Shown here: positions 1 through 7,130 of the stretch, piece by piece
How the letters are laid out: every line of letters starts with the position of its first letter
Numbering within the stretch: the first letter of the stretch is position 1
IMG/VR virus record: IMGVR_UViG_3300045012_000037
Span: 1 to 48,034 of that record
Strand: one strand, 5' to 3'
Length of the DNA stretch: 48,034 bases
From: a virus
Notes under the pieces: generated by a model
The model's database searches: none
The model's input: only the letters and a program-made list of their open reading frames with translations
What the model was told of the DNA's origin: nothing
Program-made: the position numbers and the translations under genes

Positions 1-127
1 AGCGCCGTGAACGGATTGAGATTGCGATGATGACCCTTTTTACCAAGCCCATAGAACCGACAGGACTTTCCCTGATCGCCCATTGTCGGGTGGTTAAGAA
101 AAGTTCTTTTGATTTCAATGGGGGGGG
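1..127. repeat. terminal direct repeat, copy 1 (identical to 47908-48034)
   Basis: agcgccgtgaacggattgag...ttcaatgggggggg read at both ends. It starts at base 1 and the second copy ends at the last base. Confidence 0.97.
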
Positions 128-200
128 TCATTATCGGCACAATGCCAAGCATCATGGGGCATCGCAGAGACACAGGCCGATGCGTCGATAGGAGTGGGCG

Positions 201-407
201 ATGAAAACCAAACCAACCGTTGAGGGTCCGATGTCTGCGGATGACGGCCTTCCTATCCTTAAATGCTGGGCTTGCAATGGCGAATCTCGGCACTGCATAA
301 AGTGCGGCGGGACAGGCGCCATCTTTTGGGTTGGCGGCTACGCCTTTCCATATTCACCCGAAGGTGAAATTCGAGCGAGGGCCGAACTCGCGAAAATAAC
401 GCGATGA
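201..407 (+). CDS. small zinc-finger protein (DnaJ-type CxxCxG repeats)
   Basis: 68-aa ORF with CWACNG and CIKCGGTG motifs. GGAG-containing stretch just upstream of the ATG. Confidence 0.6.
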   Translation: MKTKPTVEGPMSADDGLPILKCWACNGESRHCIKCGGTGAIFWVGGYAFPYSPEGEIRARAELAKITR

Positions 408-431
408 TGCGTCGTATGTCGGGAGGTGCAA

Positions 432-638
432 ATGGATAAGGAAATGCTCCGCGCCCTCATCGCCGATGGCGAAAAACTGCGCCAGCTTACCGGCGAAGAT
501 CATGGACCGTACTGCTGGGTGGAGTTCGAGTGCGAGGAATGCGGCGCGGTCGAAGAACTCGACGTGCTATTCAATCCGAACCTGACGGAATTTCACTGCA
601 CCGGCTGCGGCGGTGTGATGGTGAGAATGGACGGCTAA
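432..638 (+). CDS. small zinc-ribbon protein
   Basis: CEECG...CTGCGG pairs. GGGAGG lies 5 nt upstream of ATG 432 (the track start at 426 is a GTG). Confidence 0.6.
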   Translation: MDKEMLRALIADGEKLRQLTGEDHGPYCWVEFECEECGAVEELDVLFNPNLTEFHCTGCGGVMVRMDG

Positions 639-654
639 CACGGGAGTAACTACC

Positions 655-927
655 ATGAGCGACATCGTGATCGGCGGCGCCAATGAAATCGCCAATCTGC
701 GCAGACTTAGTGACGCAAAAATTAAATGGCGATGCTTTCACTGCGGCGGGATATTTGGCTCCGACGATGAGGCCGCCGAACATTTCGGTCTAGATTATAG
801 CGTCCCGGCAACCTGTATTATTGAGCAGCTTGTTTCGGCGGCCCGCAGGGGTGGCTCGCGCTCGCAATTGCGGGCTGAATTTCGAAGTATTTTCGCAGCA
901 ACCAGATCAAAGACAATCGGCGAATGA
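655..927 (+). CDS. hypothetical protein with CxxC...H motif
   Basis: 90-aa ORF containing WRCFHCGGIFGSDDEAAEH. GGGAG upstream. Confidence 0.55.
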   Translation: MSDIVIGGANEIANLRRLSDAKIKWRCFHCGGIFGSDDEAAEHFGLDYSVPATCIIEQLVSAARRGGSRSQLRAEFRSIFAATRSKTIGE

Positions 928-945
928 TAGGACGGTAGCAGACAG

Positions 946-1128
946 ATGCGCGCAGGACCGTACATCGAAAGCAGGTACAAGATGGAAAAATCCATGGCCG
1001 CTTACTATTTGGAGCGCGCCCTGGACTTGGAGAAAGAAGCTAATGAGTGTCGGCGCAAAGCCTATGAGTGTCTAACGCGCGCCGAGTGGTGGGCAAACGA
1101 CACTGACATGCCGCACAACGCGCTTTGA
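946..1128 (+). CDS. hypothetical helical protein
   Basis: 60-aa ORF, co-oriented with neighbours. Weak RBS. Confidence 0.4.
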   Translation: MRAGPYIESRYKMEKSMAAYYLERALDLEKEANECRRKAYECLTRAEWWANDTDMPHNAL

Positions 1129-1171
1129 ATGCGCCGCAAGAAAGCGCCCCCTCCCTCGCAATCAAAACCTG

Positions 1172-1182
1172 ACTAGCCGCCG
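1172..1182. repeat. 11-mer direct repeat ACTAGCCGCCG, copy 1
   Basis: Identical 11-mer at 1332-1342, exactly 160 bp away. The pair brackets the TGTACA array. Confidence 0.8.
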
Positions 1183-1290
1183 AGGACCGGAACATGAATA
1201 AGGGACAACGGCAGGAGGACGCGCGCCGCAACCGTTGTCTTGAATGCGGGCAGCGCAAACGAGCGCCGTCGATGAGCCTGCCCGCGCAAA

Positions 1291-1324
1291 TGTACAAGAT
1301 GTACAATGATGTACACGGCGTACA
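1291..1324. repeat. phased array of palindromic hexamer TGTACA (3 perfect copies plus CGTACA)
   Basis: Copies at 1291-1296, 1300-1305, 1310-1315 and 1319-1324. Start-to-start spacing is 9, 10 and 9 bp. Confidence 0.85.
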
Positions 1325-1331
1325 AATAGGC

Positions 1332-1342
1332 ACTAGCCGCCG
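1332..1342. repeat. 11-mer direct repeat ACTAGCCGCCG, copy 2
   Basis: See copy 1. Confidence 0.8.
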
Positions 1343-1499
1343 CCGCGTTCGGGGCTGCGACTACACCCAGAGCGGAGCGCGAGAACAATGTATGCTGGAA
1401 GCCGTTGAGTATGTTCGCGGCCGACCCGATACGGGGCCGCTATCGTCGTGGCGGTTTGAGTGGAAGTAGCCTATTAACCCGTCCAATGCAGGAGGAATC

Positions 1500-1673
1500 A
1501 TGAGCATACCATCGCACCGACTCGTCAATGGCGAGCTTACCCGAGACCAAGAGGGCATCGTTGCGCGATGCCAATGCGGCTGGGTGTCGCGCGGTCATTT
1601 TAGTTCGCTTGCCGCGTCTGCCGCGTTTCGAGATCATCAAGAGAAAGCGGCCCGGCCGCAACCTGCCGACTGA
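1500..1673 (+). CDS. hypothetical 57-aa protein (below ORF-track size cutoff)
   Basis: AGGAGG at 1490-1495, 4 nt before ATG 1500. Read by hand as MSIPSHRLVNGELTRDQEGIVARCQCGW..., with TGA at 1671-1673. Confidence 0.6.
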   Translation: MSIPSHRLVNGELTRDQEGIVARCQCGWVSRGHFSSLAASAAFRDHQEKAARPQPAD

Positions 1674-1683
1674 TCAGTAGTCA

Positions 1684-1959
1684 ATGCCCGAGGGACGCCA
1701 CAAGCAAGTTGCGATCCAAGTGTGGATCGACGTGGATGAAGGAATTGCAACGATGGTCTCTTATCTCAATACAATCCAGGGCGTTCGCACGCACGCGAGC
1801 TGTCAAGGCACGCTTGGCGAAGGCGGTCCTAATCCTTATCGCCCGCAAGTGATGGTGACGTGGGATACTTACGCCGCGTTCAATCGCCTGCGTGACGAAT
1901 TCGACATCACGATGCTGGGCGACGCACTTGCCTATGTGCATCCAAAGGCTAATCAATAG
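1684..1959 (+). CDS. hypothetical protein
   Basis: 91-aa ORF with protein-like composition, co-oriented with the arm. The antisense ORF 1681-1956 looks spurious. Confidence 0.55.
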   Translation: MPEGRHKQVAIQVWIDVDEGIATMVSYLNTIQGVRTHASCQGTLGEGGPNPYRPQVMVTWDTYAAFNRLRDEFDITMLGDALAYVHPKANQ

Positions 1960-2157
1960 AATGTGGCGAGCCGCCGGGTTGTATGGTCTCTACCTACATG
2001 GAGAGATTGGCCCCATCGTGAGACGGGCTCCACGGCGGCTCACCACATTCATCATAACTCAGTAGAATGTGGGGCGCTCTCTGGACGCCGGTGGGACCGG
2101 CCGGCCCCAGGATCGGACAAGATGAGAGAGGTAGGCCGATCCACCGCTCAGTAGTTT

Positions 2158-2361
2158 GTGCCCATGATGCGAAACATCGGCGATCACATTCTGATAATCA
2201 CCGCGCCGCATTTTGTGGCTGGCGTCTGTATGAACGGCGATCACGTTGCAGTGCGTGCTGCCCCGATCTTAAAATACATGATCGGCTGGGACTTTCCTAA
2301 GATCGAGGAATATGTCGCCAAGAAGGGCTGGGAGTGGTGCGTAGGAACACAAGCAGCGTAA
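2158..2361 (+). CDS. hypothetical protein
   Basis: 67-aa ORF (GTG 2158, or ATG 2164). The sequence ...APILKYMIGWDFPKIEEYVAKKGWEW looks protein-like. Confidence 0.5.
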   Translation: MPMMRNIGDHILIITAPHFVAGVCMNGDHVAVRAAPILKYMIGWDFPKIEEYVAKKGWEWCVGTQAA

Positions 2362-2369
2362 CATCACAA

Positions 2370-2669
2370 ATGCAGGAAACGGAAATGACCCCCGACGAAA
2401 CGGTTGCCGAGATCAAGCGCGAGGCTTTCGACGTGTTCAAGGGCTCGCGCCGCGTATGGATGATCGAAGAGCGCGGCGGCGTTTTCATCGTTCACAATTG
2501 GCTGGGGCCGGATTGGACGAACGGTAGCGGCGTGGGGCCGCCGCACGAATACCCGACGCTCCGCAAGGCCGCCGCGCGGCTCCTACAGATACTCGGAACC
2601 GGGCCCGTTGCTCCGCAGACGTGGCCGGAAAGCGCCTGTATCGGCAGCGTGACCACGGAAGGTAGTTAA
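2370..2669 (+). CDS. hypothetical protein
   Basis: Internal ATG of track ORF 2334-2669, placed just after the stop of the previous gene (2359-2361). Product starts MQETEMTPDETVAEIKRE... Confidence 0.55.
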   Translation: MQETEMTPDETVAEIKREAFDVFKGSRRVWMIEERGGVFIVHNWLGPDWTNGSGVGPPHEYPTLRKAAARLLQILGTGPVAPQTWPESACIGSVTTEGS

Positions 2670-2820
2670 ACCCCCAAACGCATCACACTAACCGGAGACC
2701 GAAATGGCTACCATAGTTGATGAGCTTCGCTCCGCTTCGGTTGACCATGACAGCACCGGAACTTAATCCTATCCCGAGTGTTGTCTCGCTGGCCCGCCAC
2801 GGGTCTTAGCAGGCAACACA

Positions 2821-3036
2821 ATGATCCCGCTCGCAATCGACATCCTATGGCTTCTCATAGGCATTATTTGTTTGGCTGGCGTGGTTTGGCTCGTTCTGTA
2901 TGGCATCAAAACCTTTGTGACGCCGATCCCCGCGCGCCTCGAGCAGGGCATTTGGTTTATTGTTTTGCTGCTCTGCATCATTGGCGCGCTGTCTCTATTG
3001 GCAGGAGGTAGCTTTCACGCGCCTTCCTTTCGGTAG
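2821..3036 (+). CDS. small membrane protein (two hydrophobic helices)
   Basis: 71 aa: MIPLAIDILWLLIGIICLAGVVWLVLYG...GIWFIVLLLCIIGALSLLAGG. Confidence 0.6.
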   Translation: MIPLAIDILWLLIGIICLAGVVWLVLYGIKTFVTPIPARLEQGIWFIVLLLCIIGALSLLAGGSFHAPSFR

Positions 3037-3160
3037 TTCAGATAAATGCAGCCATATAACCGGCCAGCAGCGGGACAAGTGCGAGGATTTCCAGTCTCGC
3101 AAGCGGCCTGACGACGTGCCTCCAATCTGCACAAACTGCTAGGAGGATGTCATTACGAGA

Positions 3161-3286
3161 ATGACCAAACAGGAAAAATTCAAGGTGTCGGCAACTATCG
3201 TTGGCGGCTTCCTGTTGGCGATAGGGATGACACTCCTAAGCCAGCATATATGGCCTGCTCCAATTTCAGGGTGCCCGCCGTTCTAG
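3161..3286 (+). CDS. 41-aa single-TM peptide (tentative)
   Basis: Hand-read MTKQEKFKVSATIVGGFLLAIGMTLLSQHIW... AGGAGG at 3141-3146. Last plus-strand ORF before the convergence point. Confidence 0.35.
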   Translation: MTKQEKFKVSATIVGGFLLAIGMTLLSQHIWPAPISGCPPF

Positions 3287-3585
3287 TTTGTAAGTAGTGC
3301 TACGTTATGTGAAGCGTGAATTGACTCGTGGTAGGTCTCGGTCAGCCTATTTATTTGCTCTATGATCGAGACCTGCTGCCCGTTACGCATGGTGGCAATC
3401 AATAGCTGCGATTCTAGCCGATTGATCTGTGCGTCGCGCTCATCGAGCTGCGCGGCTACAACTGCCAAATCAGTTTTCAGCGATTGCACTTCGACACGCA
3501 GGTTATCGCGCTCGCGTCTGACGTTGGCGGCACTCTGCGCCAGGTCGAGAACTTCCTGATCGTATTCGATCCTTGGTCCGCTCAT
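3283..3585 (-). CDS. coiled-coil protein
   Basis: 100-aa ORF with heptad-like charged sequence. 4-nt start/stop overlap with the upstream gene. More AT-rich than the core genome. Confidence 0.6.
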   Translation of the reverse strand: MSGPRIEYDQEVLDLAQSAANVRRERDNLRVEVQSLKTDLAVVAAQLDERDAQINRLESQLLIATMRNGQQVSIIEQINRLTETYHESIHASHNVALLTN

Positions 3586-3764
3586 GGCTTGTTTCCTTTC
3601 GGAATTATCAGATCAAACACTTTCACAAGTACCTGGCCGCATCTGGCGCAATCGTAATAGTGATATGCGATTGGCTTTATCGGGTGCGGCTCAATTCGTG
3701 ATATTCTGATGATGGCCCCGCATTTCGGGCAATTCCCATTGGTGGGAAGACGGATGACGGACAT
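3582..3764 (-). CDS. zinc-ribbon protein, CxxC-N23-CxxC (Ogr/Delta-like spacing)
   Basis: 60 aa containing CPKCGAIIRISR...YHYYDCARCG. Confidence 0.6.
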   Translation of the reverse strand: MSVIRLPTNGNCPKCGAIIRISRIEPHPIKPIAYHYYDCARCGQVLVKVFDLIIPKGNKP

Positions 3765-3765
3765 T

Positions 3766-4503
3766 TCAATGGCCGCGCATCACCATTATGGTTACCAAGA
3801 TTGAAACAACAGGAGACGCAACCGCTGCGCACGCCATAACGATTGCCAGCAGCCGCGCGTTAGTGTCCATCATGCCTTTTCGCTGACCGCCTATGCCGCT
3901 TTCTGCCGTTTGCATATTGGCAAGTGCTGTGGTCAGCCTGGCTATTGCCTCGGACGTTTTGGTGGAAGTGTTATTCATTGCATCAGTTGTTGTCGTCGAT
4001 AGCGACGAGATACCGGCCGCCATTCTAGCGAGAGCGTCGGACGTTTGCGGGTCTTGCACGGCCGCGCGACCCGCTGCGGTAAATGCCCCGGCCTCTAACT
4101 TGCTAACCCTGGTATCGAATGTTGCCTGAATTTGTACGAGCTGCGTAGAGACAAGCGTTGACGTGGTGCGAACCGACTCCGCAAGCATGTCGCGGATGGT
4201 GTTTTGAAATTCCTGCCTGGTTTGGGCGAGCTCGTCGATGCGTCGCGTTTCTGCATCGCGTTGGGCGTTTTGGAAGGCCACGACATTGTCCGAAACGATT
4301 GTCACCAATTCTTTTAGACCGCCGACCTTCTCATTTATCAGCTTTTCTTGAGCGTCGCGAGCTGCGTCTTGGTACTTGCTTTCGGCTCTCACGAGGTCAA
4401 GAACGTTCTTGGTTGGATCTATCGTGCGTTGGCCACGATAATCGATCGGGATGCCAGGATCGCCTGCGGTATCATGCTCAATAAAGTTAGGGCGCTTTGC
4501 CAT
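3766..4503 (-). CDS. coiled-coil protein with C-terminal transmembrane anchor
   Basis: 245 aa, long helical Q/E/R/T-rich body. C-terminal LLAIVMACAAVASPVVSILVTIMVM. Confidence 0.7.
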   Translation of the reverse strand: MAKRPNFIEHDTAGDPGIPIDYRGQRTIDPTKNVLDLVRAESKYQDAARDAQEKLINEKVGGLKELVTIVSDNVVAFQNAQRDAETRRIDELAQTRQEFQNTIRDMLAESVRTTSTLVSTQLVQIQATFDTRVSKLEAGAFTAAGRAAVQDPQTSDALARMAAGISSLSTTTTDAMNNTSTKTSEAIARLTTALANMQTAESGIGGQRKGMMDTNARLLAIVMACAAVASPVVSILVTIMVMRGH

Positions 4504-4508
4504 TGTCG

Positions 4509-4895
4509 CTACCGCGATCCGCCAGTGTTCTTCTGGAGGTCTTTGATTTGCTGTTGCAGTTCTTCGATACGCTGATCCACAGTGTGACTAGGGGCCTTCT
4601 GCTGGTCCTGCTGCGCCGAATACAGCGAGGATTGGAGCTGCGACAGATAGATTTGATTGAGTGTCTGTGTGGTCTGCGCTTGCGCGATCAGGAGCTTTGA
4701 TTCAGTCTGCAACATGGGATCGGTTCTGCTCTGGATGGTCTCAAGCACAAACGTCTTGAGCGCAACGGGTTGCCAGTCGGCCAGTTTTGACATTGCGGGA
4801 CCAACGCCGACGATTGCCCCGCATAGGGCCGCAATAAGCGTAAAGACAGAGGTTGCCGTGCGACGCAGATTTGTGCTCCAAAACACAGTCCACAT
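4509..4895 (-). CDS. N-terminal TM plus Q-rich coiled-coil protein (i-spanin-like topology)
   Basis: GGGAGGA lies 6 nt upstream of ATG 4895 (the track start at 4910 overlaps that RBS). Product MWTVFWSTNLRRTATSVFTLIAALCGAIVGVG, then LQSSLYSAQQDQQ...ELQQQIKDLQ. Confidence 0.6.
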   Translation of the reverse strand: MWTVFWSTNLRRTATSVFTLIAALCGAIVGVGPAMSKLADWQPVALKTFVLETIQSRTDPMLQTESKLLIAQAQTTQTLNQIYLSQLQSSLYSAQQDQQKAPSHTVDQRIEELQQQIKDLQKNTGGSR

Positions 4896-4914
4896 CGCAC
4901 GTCCTCCCATCAGG

Positions 4915-5736
4915 TTAGAAGTCGTACCGGATGTACGCCTTGTACTGCGTGCCTATATTGGCGCTGGCGTTGAGCGTCAGTGGTGCACCGTTAGTGGCAA
5001 ACAGATTGCTGAACGTCACGCCGCGAGTCGGCCAGTCGACGGCAACGCCGAGATCGAGCGCGCCACCGTTCGGCTTACCCGTCGAGTCGATCGTTTGCCA
5101 CAAATAGCCGGTGCGGACGCCAGGGGCGACGCCAACGGACGTGCCAGCGCCTTGGGCGAGGCCGGTGCCGGTGATGCCGAACTCGGTCACAAACGCGCCG
5201 AAGTACTCGCGAGGTGTGGCGGCCACCATAGCAGCGGAAGGAAGTGCCTGCGTTGGATTAAAGGCCGGGAACGGATTGGCGATGCCAAGCCGTGTCATAA
5301 GCAGCGACACCAGGTCGGCGCCAACATCAACGCCCTGCATCGAGGACCAGCGCGAGGCCACCCCAAAGCTTGCCGCACCCGTAGTGGGGGTCGCAGAAGT
5401 ACTCACACCACCACTGATGTTCTGGAAAGAACCGCTGACATAAGCGCGCGCCCATTGGGCAATGCCCGCGATGGAGGCGTTTCCCCAGATGTAGCCGCCC
5501 TCGAGATCGATCGATTGGCCGGCCGCTGTCAGGTCGTTGCTGACAAGCGACGTGGCAAACACATTGTTGTTGACGTTGGTCTGATCGACTGCCGACGTGG
5601 TGCCGATGCCCCAATACCAACCCGAGCCGTTGACAGTTAGGAACGGGGTAGGCGCTGCCTTGACCGGCATGTCTGCAGCAAATGCCGGCAGTGCCAGCGC
5701 AGTGAGAACTGTGGTGAGCAGTAGGATTTTCTTCAT
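4915..5736 (-). CDS. outer-membrane beta-barrel protein (porin/Omp25-31-like), moron
   Basis: Signal peptide MKKILLLTTVLTALALPAFA/AD. G/T/S/A-rich alternating sequence. C-terminal YKAYIRYDF ends in Phe, as in a typical OMP beta-signal. GGAG RBS present. An 83-bp AT-richer spacer lies upstream. Confidence 0.8.
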   Translation of the reverse strand: MKKILLLTTVLTALALPAFAADMPVKAAPTPFLTVNGSGWYWGIGTTSAVDQTNVNNNVFATSLVSNDLTAAGQSIDLEGGYIWGNASIAGIAQWARAYVSGSFQNISGGVSTSATPTTGAASFGVASRWSSMQGVDVGADLVSLLMTRLGIANPFPAFNPTQALPSAAMVAATPREYFGAFVTEFGITGTGLAQGAGTSVGVAPGVRTGYLWQTIDSTGKPNGGALDLGVAVDWPTRGVTFSNLFATNGAPLTLNASANIGTQYKAYIRYDF

Positions 5737-5819
5737 GACGCGCGCTCCTGATGTGAATTTACACCTAGGGTTTTACTCCTAGAACGCGCGACATAACTGC
5801 AACACTCAGGATATATTTC

Positions 5820-6200
5820 CTAGCTTCCAATCGCGCCACCCGCTGCGGCAGGAGCCGCCACTGTGATTTTATTCCCAGGGATTGCGTCGGCGAGCGCGGC
5901 CGTCGCTGTTCCTGGCTTGGCAAGAACCTGCGCAATCTCCGGGTTTTTCTTCATGCTGATCAGCCTGGAGAATGGGCTTGCCGTCCACGCCGCATAGAGC
6001 GCGGACGCGACTGGAATCAACGTCGTAACGCCTGCGATGATCGAAGCAACGCCATCACCGATTTGATGAATGCCAGTGCCAAGTTTTGTTGCATCGCCTT
6101 GCGAGAGGCCGACGAAAACAAGAACCGCCGCAGCCGTTCCTGCGGCTGTGTAAACGTGACGTAGTGCAGCGTTGACCTGATCACTGGTTGGAAGTTGCAT
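5820..6200 (-). CDS. membrane protein, holin candidate
   Basis: AGGAGA RBS before internal ATG 6200 of track ORF 5820-6326. Hydrophobic segments AAGTAAAVLVFVGL and GVASIIAGVTTLIPVASALYAAW. Confidence 0.55.
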   Translation of the reverse strand: MQLPTSDQVNAALRHVYTAAGTAAAVLVFVGLSQGDATKLGTGIHQIGDGVASIIAGVTTLIPVASALYAAWTASPFSRLISMKKNPEIAQVLAKPGTATAALADAIPGNKITVAAPAAAGGAIGS

Positions 6201-6438
6201 CTGGTTTCTCCTGCACTGGTTTAAATGACACAATGCCACCCCACCAGAAGTGACAGCACAAAAAGCCTGTGAGGAAGCCAGCAATCCATGGGAATGGTGG
6301 GAAAGCTGCCGTAATGTCCCAAACAAAACGAGATAGCGTCGATGTATTCTCGTGAAGCGACCAGCCCTCCATCAAAGAGAAGCTGACAACTATCAGCAAC
6401 AGCCATACCGCCCATTTTATGCTGCCTTTGATCATCAT
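6181..6438 (-). CDS. membrane protein (two TM), holin/antiholin candidate
   Basis: ATGA overlap with the upstream 31-aa ORF. Contains WAVWLLLIVVSFSL and FPWIAGFLTGFLCCHFWWGGIV. Confidence 0.55.
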   Translation of the reverse strand: MMIKGSIKWAVWLLLIVVSFSLMEGWSLHENTSTLSRFVWDITAAFPPFPWIAGFLTGFLCCHFWWGGIVSFKPVQEKPDATSNQ

Positions 6439-6530
6439 GGCGTCCACACGATGTATGCGATGAGCATGATCAGAACGATTACCGTGATCGCGAAGCCAAT
6501 TCCGATGCGCTCGCCAAGGCTGCGGTTCAT
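6435..6530 (-). CDS. 31-aa single-TM peptide (tentative)
   Basis: ATGA overlap with the endolysin stop. MNRSLGERIGIGFAITVIVLIMLIAYIVWTP, which is the C-terminal part of track ORF 6435-6770. Confidence 0.4.
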   Translation of the reverse strand: MNRSLGERIGIGFAITVIVLIMLIAYIVWTP

Positions 6531-7114
6531 GATGTCTCTCGTGTGAAGGTCACAGATGGATCGAGTTTGCCAATCATCCACAACAGCGGCGCGCACCCCG
6601 GCTGCGGATCCATGACGGTTGAAGAATATTTGTGATCTGCCACCCATTTCCCCGGCATTTGGATATTGGTCCCGCCAAAAATGTACGAAGATGGTCGGGG
6701 CGGCGTCCATGCTTCCGTGCCGACACCATTGAACAGCAGCATGTAATAAAGCTGCTTTTCGACGCGCCAATCACTGATGGTGTCCCATTTCTCATAATGG
6801 ATCGCATCAACACAGCCGTCGATGAAGGCGTTGGGTCCAGTGAACGGGCCCCGATCTGCCGGAACCTCCGTTGTCTTTTCTGACAGCAATTGGCCGTTGC
6901 CGAGATAAGTATTGAATTCAGCATCACCTTCGCGGCGATGAATGCAGGCAATCATCTGCCACGGAATGCGAGTCTTGGATTCGACCACGCTATATGTAAA
7001 TTTGTTCTTGATCGCGTACTGCGCCTCGGTCGTGAATTCCTGCACACGACTAGCATTGATTGTCATGCCATCCCAATATTTGGCGTAGCGCGGCCAGATG
7101 TCGGAATATCTCAT
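6527..7114 (-). CDS. putative endolysin (lysozyme-like peptidoglycan hydrolase)
   Basis: 195-aa soluble protein heading a run of small membrane-protein genes. IACIHRREGDAEFNTYLGNGQ resembles prophage lysozyme-family proteins from memory. The call rests on position and this pattern only. Confidence 0.45.
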   Translation of the reverse strand: MRYSDIWPRYAKYWDGMTINASRVQEFTTEAQYAIKNKFTYSVVESKTRIPWQMIACIHRREGDAEFNTYLGNGQLLSEKTTEVPADRGPFTGPNAFIDGCVDAIHYEKWDTISDWRVEKQLYYMLLFNGVGTEAWTPPRPSSYIFGGTNIQMPGKWVADHKYSSTVMDPQPGCAPLLWMIGKLDPSVTFTRETS

Positions 7115-7130
7115 TGGTTTTCGTAGCGGA

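Noticed and set aside
1194-1469. 91-aa plus-strand ORF in the track
   Set aside because: It shares its interval with three other similarly long ORFs on the opposite strand. It has no RBS, mixed third-position composition, and is interrupted by the TGTACA array and direct repeats. I treat it as probably non-coding, although this is not proven.
4688-4900. 70-aa ORF embedded in the +1 frame of the i-spanin-like gene, considered as an Rz1-type o-spanin
   Set aside because: It is Pro- and Cys-containing, but it has no hydrophobic signal sequence and no lipobox (L-[AS]-[GA]-C) near the N-terminus.
4657-5640. 327-aa plus-strand ORF
   Set aside because: It is antisense to the clearly recognisable OMP gene (4915-5736). 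The R/A/G-rich composition is typical of spurious frames in GC-rich DNA. There is no RBS and no recognisable motif.
6435-6770. 111-aa minus-strand ORF overlapping the endolysin gene
   Set aside because: Only its last 31 codons, starting from an ATG that overlaps the endolysin stop, form a plausible independent TM peptide. The upstream part is an alternative frame of the endolysin gene.
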